Assembly: GCA_020137815.1 (NCBI GenBank)
Contig: CM035353.1
Location: 3,596,001-3,660,000, forward strand
Reading direction: 5' to 3'
Length of the DNA stretch: 64,000 nucleotides
DNA from: Hormiphora californensis
Lineage: Eukaryota; Animalia; Ctenophora
The notes beneath the pieces were generated by a model. The model was given only the letters and a program-made list of their open reading frames with translations. It ran no database searches and was not told the DNA's origin. Positions 21,901 to 34,586 of the stretch are shown here, piece after piece. Each line of letters opens with the position of its first letter. Position 1 is the stretch's first letter. Both the position numbers and the translations under genes were made by a program.

Positions 21901-22050
21901 AAGTCGGATTTTTTGAAACTGTCACCCCAAAATGACCGCGCATGTGAAATTTATCAATTTTGATGCGCACACCACACGTTAACATGTGATGTGACGCGCA
22001 AAAACATTCCGCGCACAAAAAGGGGGTGACAGTTTCAAAAAATCCGACTT
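21901..22050. mobile_element. TA-flanked MITE (TIR AAGTCGGATTTTTTGAAACTGTCACCCC); relative at 35442-35663
   Basis: Perfect ~28-bp TIRs; ends 45 bp upstream of the helicase ATG. Confidence 0.8.
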
Positions 22051-22094
22051 TAATTTTGTCTTGTTTATCTCCATAGAGCAGATAATGATTTAAC

Positions 22095-24134
22095 ATGTCG
22101 ATGGTAACGGCGGGTCAAACAAAAAAGCGTTCCTTCCTCAAATCTGTCTCGACTGGCCCGAATCATCCGAAAAAACACCGACGGAGCAGCACCCAAAGCT
22201 CGTCTACTCTACCCATCGCATCAGCCCGTGATGCAATTGTGAAAGAGTTGAAGGAGCATAATGTATTAGTTATTGTTGGAGAGACAGCCAGTGGGAAAAC
22301 GACTCAGATTCCCCAGTTTATATACAATGCAGCAGGGCTCTTGGCTGAGGGTAAAGGTATCGCCATAACACAGCCTCGCAGAGTGGCAACCATCTCCCTT
22401 GCATGCCGTGTTGCCTCCGAGATGGGCGGTAAGGTAGGTAAAACTGTCGGATATACGGTTCGATTTGAGGATAAAACTTCAAAGGAAACGCGGATCAAGT
22501 TCCTAACAGATGGCATGTTGCTACGTGAGGCAATGTCAAAACGAAACCTGAAGAAGTATGGCTTGATTATCGTGGATGAGGCACATGAGCGCACGGTACA
22601 TACGGACATCCTATTTGGCATTTTAAAAAGAATCCAGTCAGTTAGATGTAAAACTCCCCTTAAACTAATCATCATGTCCGCCACCTTGGATGCTGACCAC
22701 TTTTCCCGGTTTTTCAACTCTGCCAAGGTACTGTACGTTCAAGGCCGGCAGTTTCCCATTACTACGGTCTACTGTAGAACCAGTCAGAAGGACTATGCCC
22801 ACGCTAGTCTAGTCACTGCTCTCCAGGTGCACCAGACGAAGCCAATCGGCGGGGACATTTTAGTCTTCCTCACGGGACAAGAGGAGATCGAGCAGGGTAA
22901 AAAGTTGTTGGAGGAGTGCAACAAAGGGCTCCCAGCGATGCTCCCAAAAATATCTGTTTTCTGCTTGTTTGGTGCTCTACCTACCTCCCAACAGGTGGGG
23001 GTATTCAGCCGACCACCGGCGGGTCACCGGAAAATCATCCTGTCCACCAACATCGCAGAGACCTCCCTGACTATCAGGGGGGTGAAGTATGTTATCGACT
23101 GCGGGAGGGTCAAACAGAAAACTTATAACCCTAAAATTGGGCTGGAATCATTGCAGGTTTGCCCAATTTCCAAGGCTCAGAGCAGGCAACGACAAGGTAG
23201 AAGCGGCCGGGAGGGACCTGGTGAGTGCTATCGCATCCTCACCGAGGCGGAGTGGACGAGTTTGAGGGAGGTTGAAATACCCGAGATTCAGCGGTGTAAA
23301 CTCTCCACTGTCCTACTAAACCTGTTGTCCCTGGGCATCGGGGACGTGTTTGACTTTGAATGGATCGATAAACCCACACCGCAGTCAATACAGGATGCCG
23401 TGGATGAGCTGAAGGAACTGGGAGCTGTAACGGGTGTCCGAGAACTTCAACTCACAGATCTTGGCAGGAAGATGGCTGCCTTTCCGTTGTCCCCTACCTT
23501 CTCTCGCGTCATTGTAAAGTCCCGTGATCTGTCCTGTTCTGGTGATATCATAACTCTCGTCTCTCTTCTCTCCGTGGATTCCCCCTTCTATACGCCCCTC
23601 AGTGAGGCTGATATAGCTACAGCAGTGAGACGGCGGTTTACTGACCCGACCAGTGACCACGTTACACTAATTCAGGTTTACCGGGCAGCCGCTGAAAATA
23701 ACTTTGATCCTGACTGGTGTGCCCGGCATTATCTTAACGTGAGGTCCCTGCGGACGGCTCAGAATGTCCGAAAACAACTCAAGTTGATCTGCAAAAAGCA
23801 GGGTATCCAGCTAACGAGCAGCAAGAAATGGAAGGAGAATGTGGTGAGGTCATTGTTGTATGGTTTTGCGGGTAATGTAGCTCACCGACAACCTGATGGG
23901 AGTTATGTTAGTGTGGGGAACAGACAACAGGGTAAGATACACCCGTCATCAGTGTTGAGTAGCAGCAACCAATCCAGTGACGTAACACAGCGTGACGTCA
24001 TAGTTTTTAATGAGATGGTCGTTACCACGGCAACATACCTCCGGACATGCAGCGTGATGGAGAAATCGTGGTTACAGGAGCAACAGGGGGAAGGGTCACA
24101 CGTGGAGGGCGCTGGAGGGATTGTTGAGGGGTAG
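22095..24134 (+). CDS. DHX33: DEAH-box ATP-dependent RNA helicase, DHX33-like, intronless (679 aa)
   Basis: GETASGKTTQIPQ, TQPRRVA, TDGMLLRE, DEAHER, SAT, STNIAETSLTI, QRQGRSGR and an HA2/OB-like C-terminus. The short N-terminus fits DHX33; the paralog assignment is by eye. Confidence 0.8.
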   Translation: MSMVTAGQTKKRSFLKSVSTGPNHPKKHRRSSTQSSSTLPIASARDAIVKELKEHNVLVIVGETASGKTTQIPQFIYNAAGLLAEGKGIAITQPRRVATISLACRVASEMGGKVGKTVGYTVRFEDKTSKETRIKFLTDGMLLREAMSKRNLKKYGLIIVDEAHERTVHTDILFGILKRIQSVRCKTPLKLIIMSATLDADHFSRFFNSAKVLYVQGRQFPITTVYCRTSQKDYAHASLVTALQVHQTKPIGGDILVFLTGQEEIEQGKKLLEECNKGLPAMLPKISVFCLFGALPTSQQVGVFSRPPAGHRKIILSTNIAETSLTIRGVKYVIDCGRVKQKTYNPKIGLESLQVCPISKAQSRQRQGRSGREGPGECYRILTEAEWTSLREVEIPEIQRCKLSTVLLNLLSLGIGDVFDFEWIDKPTPQSIQDAVDELKELGAVTGVRELQLTDLGRKMAAFPLSPTFSRVIVKSRDLSCSGDIITLVSLLSVDSPFYTPLSEADIATAVRRRFTDPTSDHVTLIQVYRAAAENNFDPDWCARHYLNVRSLRTAQNVRKQLKLICKKQGIQLTSSKKWKENVVRSLLYGFAGNVAHRQPDGSYVSVGNRQQGKIHPSSVLSSSNQSSDVTQRDVIVFNEMVVTTATYLRTCSVMEKSWLQEQQGEGSHVEGAGGIVEG

Positions 24135-24793
24135 GGATCATCATTTAGAGATCATTTTGGAGATCATTTTGGAGATCTTCTACAATTAGGTACTGGACTT
24201 GTTCCAGTGAGCAGACAGTCTAAACAGTGATACAGGAGCTAGAAAACTATTCAATAAACTGGCAGTCTTGATAGGGTTATACTGATATAATAATATCCTG
24301 AATTTTATGCTGTCCATTTCCATCAGGGACTGCATAGCTATTAGCTGCGCCACTGAACAATATTTAGAGGGATATAATACGTGTTTAGTGTATTTTATAG
24401 CGGGACTTTTACACCATGGTGTCTTTTCAAAAGGGCACGTCAGGAACCGACCGAATCAGGAAATACTGGTCCCTGATTGGCTGATAACCAGTCACGTGAC
24501 CTATATAACGAGTTCTGATTGGTTGTTTACTTGTGACTTTTCAAAATGGGAATGACGTGATATACCCACTGGAATCTCAGTTTTATTATCTGTTTTGATC
24601 TTGATACGTAGCAACATATTTTATAGACCATCATTCTGAACACACCGATCCGAAAAAACCTTCTAACTTATTACTAAATTATTAAGATTTCGAGTTTCAA
24701 TTGCTTCAACTCCCCTCTTCCCAGACACCCCCCCCCTCCCTCTTATTAATTAACAAATCATATATATCTGCATATATATTTTTAGGCGGGGTC

Positions 24794-27700
24794 ATGGTGT
24801 CGCTGATTGAAGACAATGATATCAGTGGACCGATTGACTTGAAGAAAACCGAAACAGTCCATGACTTACGAAATAGAAAGATAGTTGCAGAACAAAAGGT
24901 ATAGCCTCAAAATGATCTTGTACATTAGTGGCCTTTATTGCTGCTAAAAAGAAGGCAAGAACAAGTAAAGCTCTAAGTGACGGTGCCAGTATTTTAGTAA
25001 TCCATTGTTGATCGGTGCATTAGTTAGGAAGTTGTCTCCTCAAAAGTATTAAGTAAGTTTACTTTTTTACTGGCACTAGTGTCGGGTGACTCAACATTCA
25101 CATGTCGCATTTTTCACCACATGTAAATATGTAGATAATCGAGTAGTCTTACTGTGTGACTTGTAGTTACATCTTACAGAGTGTTAATCATAATGAAAAA
25201 CTAAATAAATTGCTGTTTTACGTTTGTTTATGATTGCTGCGTCTAGAAGATTACCTGCTGTTTTACGTCTTGTTAATTATAATTTACCGTAGTTTATCCG
25301 TTTAGATGGAGGCTAAAGAACGGATTGCAGTGGAGAGTGAAGATTCAGACAAGTCGGGAAAATCTAAGGATTTCTTCGCTCTTGGAGCAGATCTCTATGG
25401 AGTAATAGTCCTTATGATTCTTTACATTCTTCAAGGTGAATTATTTGAATCCATAATTACTGTGATAGTATAACATGTACCCAACATGTAGTAATGCCTA
25501 CATTATCGGTGCCCCCCAACTTTGTATACAATATCCGACCGAATCAGGAAATACTGGTCGCTGGTTGGCTGATAACCAGTCACGTGACCTAAATAACGAG
25601 TTCTGATTGGTCGGTTCCTGCTTACCACCAATAACCACCTGCAGGTGTTCCCCTTGGACTAGCCAGCTCAGTTCCCATCCTGATTCAGAAAAACGTCAAG
25701 GGTTATTCAGAGCAAGCCGCTTTCAGTATAGTGACCTACCCGTTCAGGTAAAATATGTTACTCAGTAGTCACGTACCCGTTCAGGTTCATGTTACTCAGT
25801 AGTCACGTACCCGTTCAGGTTCATGTTGCTCAGTGTCACGTACCCGTTCAGGTACATGTTACTCAGTAGTCACGTACCCGTTCAGGTTCATGTTACTCAG
25901 TAGTCACGTACCCGTTCAGGTACTTGGTACTCAGTAGTCACGTACTAATAATTTCAGTTGTAAGCTGCTCTGGGCACCTCTCGTGGACTGTTTCTACTCG
26001 GAGAGATTTGGCCGTAGGAAGAGTTGGTTGGTGCCGCTACAATATGCCATTGGAGCAGTGATGTTGTACATACCATCTGTAATTGAGGATGCACTTGGGA
26101 CTGAGGGAGGTATGATATAGTGGACACACTATGTGGGACACACTATTATAACCACTAACCCCCTCCCCCAACTGTTATAACCACTAACCTCCCCTCCCCC
26201 TCACTATAACAACCACTAACCCCCTCCCCTCACTATTATAACCACTAGCCCCCTCCCCCCAACTGTTATAATCACTAACCCCCTCCCCCTTTAGAATTAC
26301 CACTAACCCCCTCCCCCCAAGTTCTGTTAAATAACCACTAACCCCCCACTATCCAGGTGGTGCGAATGTGAAGGTACTGGCGCTCTGGTTCACCTTTTTG
26401 ACATTCCTCGCTGCCACACAAGACATCGCAGTCGACGGGTAAGATGAGGGGGTGAAATGATATCAACAACCGACCGAATCAAGTAAACAACCAATCAGAA
26501 CTCGTTATTTAGGTCACGTGACTGGTTATCAGCCAATCAGGGACCAGTATTTCCTGATTCGGTCGGTTCCTGGTTGAAATGATATACATATCATTAGGGG
26601 GTAATGGGTATGTACAATCGCGAATATATATCAGCGTGTAACTCGGATAAATGTCCGGATTAACCCGGATGTCTGAATGTTCACATATTCTCGCACAATC
26701 ACACAATGCACCGATCGCAACGAATTGTCACTGACAACCAGGCCGGGGAAAGGAATCTCTATGGTCCCATCCCTCAATCTCAACCATGGTGGAGACGGCC
26801 TCAAAGAAGAAGACATATTATTGTCTTAATATGATTCTTTTGGGTGGTTTAGCGACCATGACAACAGGTATATATATCAGGGACGGAATCAGGAAATACT
26901 GGTCCCTGATTGGCTGATAATCAGTCACGTGACCTAAATAACGAGTTCTGATTGGTTGTTTACTTGTTTCGGTCGGTTCCTGGACGGAATGGTAGCTGGG
27001 CACCATACCACTACAAGCCCGATCAGTCAACCCTCTGTCCGATCAGTCAACCTCTGCGTCAGTCCATCCTGGAAACTTACTCCAGATTTGTAGTCCGGAT
27101 TTATGTATGAGGGGGGGGGGGTGGTCTTTTTGGCCTTGTTCCGGGGGTCATGTTCTCGGTTGGGGTTGGTATGTTTTTCGGATTCTACGTGGGGTAGGTT
27201 ATACAGAAGATACATGGGGTAGTAGACAGTAGTAAGGGACCAGAGCCCCACGATTAGGAAATTTTACTGTACCAGCTAATTCCTTCACCAATGTGTCCCC
27301 AAGGGTCCCTACTAACACCACAGAAAACCCTAAATTTCGGTCAGAGGTGCATCACCTTCATTTCCGGGTGGGCGTGGTACCTGTATTTTCAGCCTGAGGC
27401 CAAAAACCTAAGTACCCTTAAAATGGGAGTAGAGATAAAATCGAGGGCACTAAAGTGATCAGCGCCCTCGCATTAGTGGGGGTAGGTGCCGGAATTAAGT
27501 CTCTATCTCATCTGGTTAATTAGATAATTGGATAATTAGGTATGCGCATAACCGTTTTTTGGCTATATGGCTATAGCCACTTAGGAATGGTTTAGAGACT
27601 TTTCACTGGTGCCATTTTGTTCAGAAGAAAATTCTAGAGAGAAGTTGTGGAAAAATTTAGGGCCTATCTCTTACCGTTTTGCCGTTATTTACGGTAAAAG

Positions 27701-30616
27701 AATGCTAATTAACTCGATTTTTGGCTTTTTCGACTAATTTGGCATTCTTTTACCGTAAATAACGGCAAAACGGTAAAAGATAGGCCCTAAATTTTTCCAC
27801 AACTTCTCTCTAGAATTTTCTTCTGAACAAAATGGCACCAGTGAAAAGTCTCTAAACCATTCCTAAGTGGCTATAGCCATATAGCCAAAAAACGGTTATG
27901 CGCATACCTAATTATCCAATTATCTAATTAACCAGATGAGATAGAGACTTAATTCCGGCACCTACCCCCACTAATGCGAGGGCGCTGATCACTTTAGTGC
28001 CCTCGATTTTATCTCTACTCCCATTTTAAGGGTACTTAGGTTTTTGGCCTCAGGCTGAAAATACAGGTACCACGCCCACCCGGAAATGAAGGTGATGCAC
28101 CTCTGACCGAAATTTAGGGTTTTCTGTGGTGTTAGTAGGGACCCTTGGGGACACATTGGTGAAGGAATTAGCTGGTACAGTAAAATTTCCTGTTCAGGGC
28201 ATAAAATGGGGTTCTGGTCCCTTACTATAGGGTCCGTAACTTCTCGGGTCACTCTAGGCGAGGTAAAACCTCCTTCCAGGACACCGTGTATGGGGTTGTA
28301 TCTTAGAGGTTTGTTTATCGAGATCTTTGAGTTTTTACTCACTCTTTTATGAGATTCTTGGTTTGACTGTAGTATAGTAAAAGCAAGGCTAGGATTTTCG
28401 TTTAAAGATTAATAAGAACTACAGTTCAAGAATTTAAAATTCTCTGGGAATTCTCTATAATTCTATATATAAAATATGTTTTTTTTCTACAAAAAGCGTG
28501 CTATGTATCTTTTCCTATGAACTAACTACAAAGTCTTCTGTCTCTATCATGCAGTTTATACTTTCTTCCAGGAACCGACCGAAACGAGTAAACAACCAAT
28601 CAGAACTGGTTATTTAGGTCACGTGACTGGTTATCAGCCAATCAGGGACCAGTATTTCCTGATTCGGTCGGTTCCTGCTTTCTTCTCTGCACAATTTAGA
28701 ACATACACAACACACATACACAAATGGGAGTAGAGATAAAATCGAGGGCACTAAAGTGATCAGCGCCCTCGCATTAGTGGGGGTAGGTGCCGGAATTAAG
28801 TCTCTATCTCATCTGGTTAATTAGATAATTGGATAATTAGGTATGCGCATAACCGTTTTTTGGCTATATGGCTATAGCCACTTAGGAATGGTTTAGAGAC
28901 TTTTCACTGGTGCCATTTTGTTCAGAAGAAAATTCTAGAGAGAAGTTGTGGAAAAATTTAGGGCCTATCTCTTACCGTTTTGCCGTTATTTACGGTAAAA
29001 GAATGCTAATTAACTCGATTTTTGGCTTTTTCGACTAATTTGGCATTCTTTTACCGTAAATAACGGCAAAACGGTAAAAGATAGGCCCTAAATTTTTCCA
29101 CAACTTCTCTCTAGAATTTTCTTCTGAACAAAATGGCACCAGTGAAAAGTCTCTAAACCATTCCTAAGTGGCTATAGCCATATAGCCAAAAAACGGTTAT
29201 GCGCATACCTAATTATCCAATTATCTAATTAACCAGATGAGATAGAGACTTAATTCCGGCACCTACCCCCACTAATGCGAGGGCGCTGATCACTTTAGTG
29301 CCCTCGATTTTATCTCTACTCCCATTTTAAGGGTACTTAGGTTTTTGGCCTCAGGCTGAAAATACAGGTACCACGCCCACCCGGAAATGAAGGTGATGCA
29401 CCTCTGACCGAAATTTAGGGTTTTCTGTGGTGTTAGTAGGGACCCTTGGGGACACATTGGTGAAGGAATTAGCTGGTACAGTAAAATTTCCTGTTCAGGG
29501 CATAAAATGGGGTTCTGGTCCCTTACTATAGGGTCCGTAACTTCTCGGGTCACTCTAGGCGAGGTAAAACCTCCTTCCAGGACACCGTGTATGGGGTTGT
29601 ATCTTAGAGGTTTGTTTATCGAGATCTTTGAGTTTTTACTCACTCTTTTATGAGATTCTTGGTTTGACTGTAGTATAGTAAAAGCAAGGCTAGGATTTTC
29701 GTTTAAAGATTAATAAGAACTACAGTTCAAGAATTTAAAATTCTCTGGGAATTCTCTATAATTCTATATATAAAATATGTTTTTTTTCTACAAAAAGCGT
29801 GCTATGTATCTTTTCCTATGAACTAACTACAAAGTCTTCTGTCTCTATCATGCAGTTTATACTTTCTTCCAGGAACCGACCGAAACGAGTAAACAACCAA
29901 TCAGAACTGGTTATTTAGGTCACGTGACTGGTTATCAGCCAATCAGGGACCAGTATTTCCTGATTCGGTCGGTTCCTGCTTTCTTCTCTGCACAATTTAG
30001 AACATACACAACACAATGGAAGAAATAATGACTGCCAGTGCTGGGAGAGCAGAGGTGCCACCATTGCAGAGGTCGACGGAGCATTCCGTACAGTCGGTCA
30101 AGAGTACGCTGCAATCACCACACGAGTAAGTAGTAATCCCACTTAAGGATCCTACACTGCAGCTACTAATTAAGCTGGTACAGTCTTGCTTCATCGAATC
30201 AGTAACATCATCATTTGTGGCTCCACTATAACATTGGATAGACAGACACACTCCAAGGAGAATGGTGAGGAGCAGGCAGGTTCGGATCATTTTATCACTA
30301 GGAACTGTGGGAAATGTTAAATGTATTTGGTAGTAGATTATAACAAATAAATAGTGAATTTTCTAGCTTACAAGTATTACTGCATACAGCAGAAACATCA
30401 AAGATATAGAAATGATCCTACAATGACACACACATATATAACATGGGTCTGCGGTATTGGAAACGTGGCAAATGTTAGGGGGAAGTATAAACAATTAAGA
30501 ATAAAGGAGAGAAAAAGTAAGCATTTATATATTGCAATGAGAATTATACAGAAAGAGATAAAGTAAAATTTCTGCCGAAGAAATGTTTTACTATATTATG
30601 TAGAACTGGGACGTTC

Positions 30617-30686
<70 letters not shown>

Positions 30687-33600
30687 CTCTCTCGATTACC
30701 GGGATGCTCAGGGGAAAGGGGTTTGACCGGTAAATCGGGGTGCCCGGAGTATCGGGGTCTGACTGTAAGAATAATGGGCTCTCTGTCTTGTCAGGGGCGG
30801 GGGTGTGATTGTCTTGGGATGGGGCCGGGGCTTCCCTATCCCTTGGGTAGTGGATCTGTATGGATAATGAATGCGGAATCAGCAATGATCATGACATTGT
30901 CTTCAATACATGCATACAGTTAGAGCATTTTGAACAAAAATAGGGTCAAATAGGGGTCAAATATATGCTCTACCCCGATTTAGCGGACATCCCGATTTGA
31001 CGGACAAAACCCTTTCCGGTTTCCCCCGAGGGTGCCGTTAAATCGGCGTCCGTTTGTAATTGTGTACCCCTTTGAGGCCCATAGCGTTAGGCTGAATAAA
31101 ATTTTCTAATTCTTTCCGGAATTACTCAGGATGAAATTCTAAGATAATATAGAAAAAGTGATCTTTCAAATCGGTCCGTTACTTTTTCTAATACATATTA
31201 AGATTAATACAACAATATTTTCCAGGTGGGCTCTATCCATGCTATCCAAGAGGAACGTAGGATGGGCCAGTACCTGTAACAGTGTGGGCCAGACTATTGG
31301 TTACTTCTTTGGTTACCTTGGTTTCCTCGCTCTCGACTAGTCCCATGTTTTGTAACCTTTTCCGAGGACAGGACCTGGAGACTGGGTGCGTCACCATGCA
31401 GGTATACACGGTGTCCCAGAGAATATATATATATATATATATTCTCTGGGTCGGTTGGCGAGCTGTCGCGCAAAAACGGTGATAGTTGCGTGAAAACAAA
31501 CTGTGGGAGTGTATAAACAGAGCTGGGGTGGGATTCATGTACTAAACATGTACACTTCTACGGGACCAGTTACAGATTTGGAACCGGGCGTCAGGTTCCT
31601 GGTGCACGAATTTTTGCACACTGCTGACAATGAATCCTGCTCAACTCCCCATTCATTCTAGCTGGAAATTTAGTTGCACATTGTAAATTTTGACGCGCAG
31701 CATGGTTAATCGGGAATCTACCATCAGGAATCTCCCATCAGGAAACTGACGCCCGGTTCCAAATCTATAACTGGAGCGTAAGCCTTTTTGTACAGGGTGG
31801 GGGAGGGTCGAGCAAGGCACTGTATATAATTAATTACAAATTATTTCCAGGGATTCCTCAAGTTTTGGGGTGTTATATTCATCACGACTACCAGCCTCGT
31901 GGCTGTATTTGTCAGAGAAAAGGAAACCACAGAGGAAGAGGAAGATGAGGGGTAAGATATATGACGTCATCTAAGATATGACGTCACTGATGACGTCATC
32001 ATGGCATGTGTCTGATGGTGACGTCACGTGACGGTTGTTGACCCGTGTGTCTACTGGTGACGTCACGTTACGGTTGTTGAAACGTGTGTCTGCCAGACAC
32101 TGTCTGATGTTGACAAAGTGCGTCTGTTTCTTATTTATTTTATCATATATTTCCATCTCTCTTTTTCAATTAGATACTTGAACTATTCTTCACCCCCCCC
32201 CCCCAGGTTCGTTCAAACCTATTTGAATATGATAAAGATTGTGAAACTGAGAAATGTTATTGTCTACATGGGCTGTCTCTGTATTGTTAAGGTACTTGGT
32301 CCCGGGCTTGCAATTGATCACTTGCTCAAATGACGGACCATTATATGGATTATGGTTAATAGGCTGGGCTTTGGGTATTTTTATCTCTACTATGTACTCT
32401 CTCATCTCTTGTTAGTGGTCGTCTCCATATATCATAATATTGTATTCCCCATTGTATTCCATTGTATTTCCTCTCTAGGCGTGTTTCACCCCCATTGTAT
32501 TCCCTCTCTAGGCGTGTTTCACCCCATTGTATTCCCTCTCTAGGCGTGTTTCACCCCATTGTATTCCCTCTCTAGGCGTGTTTCACCCCATTTTATTCCC
32601 TCTCTAGGCGTGTTTCACCCCATTGTATTCCCTCTCTAGGCGTGTTTCACCCCATTGTATTCCCTCTCTAGGCGTGTTTTACCCCATTGTATTCCCTCTC
32701 TAGGCGTGTTTTTCTCCTGTGGATTCTTTGACTGGCCTGAAACTCCTGGAAGCTGGAATTAGTAAGGATATGCTCGTTACTCTTAGTGCCTTCCTCATAC
32801 CACTACAGGTATATGAGAGAGACAGAGACAGAGACAGAGAGACAGAGATAGACACAGACACAGAGACAGACACAGACACAGACACATGACAGATAACTAA
32901 CCACCATTTTTTCTCAGATAGTGATGCCGTTAGTAATAACAAAGTATACTAATAGTCAGTTTCCTCTAAACACATACACTTCGGCGGTCTATCTCAGAAC
33001 CCTAGGTAAGATCCGGCGTGCCTTCTTTTGGCAATCGTTAAACATCTCGTTTTACATTCGGATTGTTCGTCCAGATACTTAGAACAAATTGAAACACCCG
33101 ACATGACACCGTATCTGGGTTGTTTAGCCAAACGCTTAGCCAAACCGTTAACCGTAAATCGTAACTAAGGCGCTTGGCCACCGAAAGAGGTTTAATTTGA
33201 TATTATTGTTTGCATGTATTAACCCATTATATTCCAGGTGTTGCACTGATAACCATGTTGGTATATGCTGCCTTTACCATGCAAACCTACAGCCCAACCT
33301 TCTACATCATCGGCCTAGTTATTCAAGTTATTTACTCGGTACGTACACCGATTATTTCTTATTGGGTGAAATTTGAGATGGAAAACCCCGAGTTGTGTAT
33401 CTCACAAGTCACACACACACACACACATGCTTTGTGTGAGGGTTCGACATTTCAAAACCCGAGAGCTGGAAGTGTGTGCAACTGCAGCGCCGGTCTCACT
33501 TTGTGGGGTTAGGGTTTGTAAGGCGCGGGACCTTGCGCGCGGTGTCCGTGGCGCCACACACACTCACACCTTCCCATGCTCAGCTTACGAAACCCACACA

Positions 33601-34522
33601 ACGTGGAATGTGTAGCTGGATTTTCCAAGCTAGACTGCCTTTCGCGAGCCCCGCACAAATGTAAAGGGAGGGTTAGAACATAACAAGCATTTTCATAATG
33701 TAAGGGTTCGGCAGATCAAAATGTGAATAATATAACGTAGAGAGGATAACGTACCCTATATTTGATCTTTCTACCTAGCCCGGAGCCCCTTTCTGTATCT
33801 AGTACTTAACTTTTAGGAATATGAGGTTAAAAATTATACTGATAAATAATAAACACCTCCTCTCAGGCGGGTGCTTCAATGATGTTTGTCTCAAGTATGA
33901 TGCAGAGTGCCCGAATTAGCGATGTTAAAATGGGAGGCACCTACATCACACTCCTCAACACCATCTCAAACCTTGGAGGTAAGATCCAGTTGGTCAATTT
34001 CTCAATCCAATATCACTTTAATAGTCAAAATGATTAAAATATTTCCCTTATCCAAACATAAAAAGTTAACTGTCAGTCTGAGTCTCCATGTCTGATATTA
34101 TCTCTCACCCGCTCAGGAACTCTCCCCCAAACGTTATCTTTGTTCATGGTGGATAGAGTAACATTATCATCGTGTCAGGGTACCCTACTTGCCACTCCAC
34201 CCTCCTGTTATATGGACAAGGATGTAAGAATCACTGCGCTGGCAAGCGCAAAGGTTTTATAAAACATCCTCCCTCTGTTATCATCTTGTTTTTAAATTTG
34301 ATACACCTCCTCCGACAACTGATCGGGATGCTCGGGGGATATGAAAGGGTTTATCGATAAATTGGAGGTTACTGCCTTTCATCCTCTTTCATCTCTCCAG
34401 ACGTGTGTAGCTGCAGGGGGAAGCTGTGTTACTGATGTTGATGGTTATTTTGTACTTGTTGCCCTCGGAACGATCGGTGCTCTCCTCTGGAAATGGGTTA
34501 GTCTCTCTCTATCTCTCTCTTT

Positions 34523-34586
<64 letters not shown>

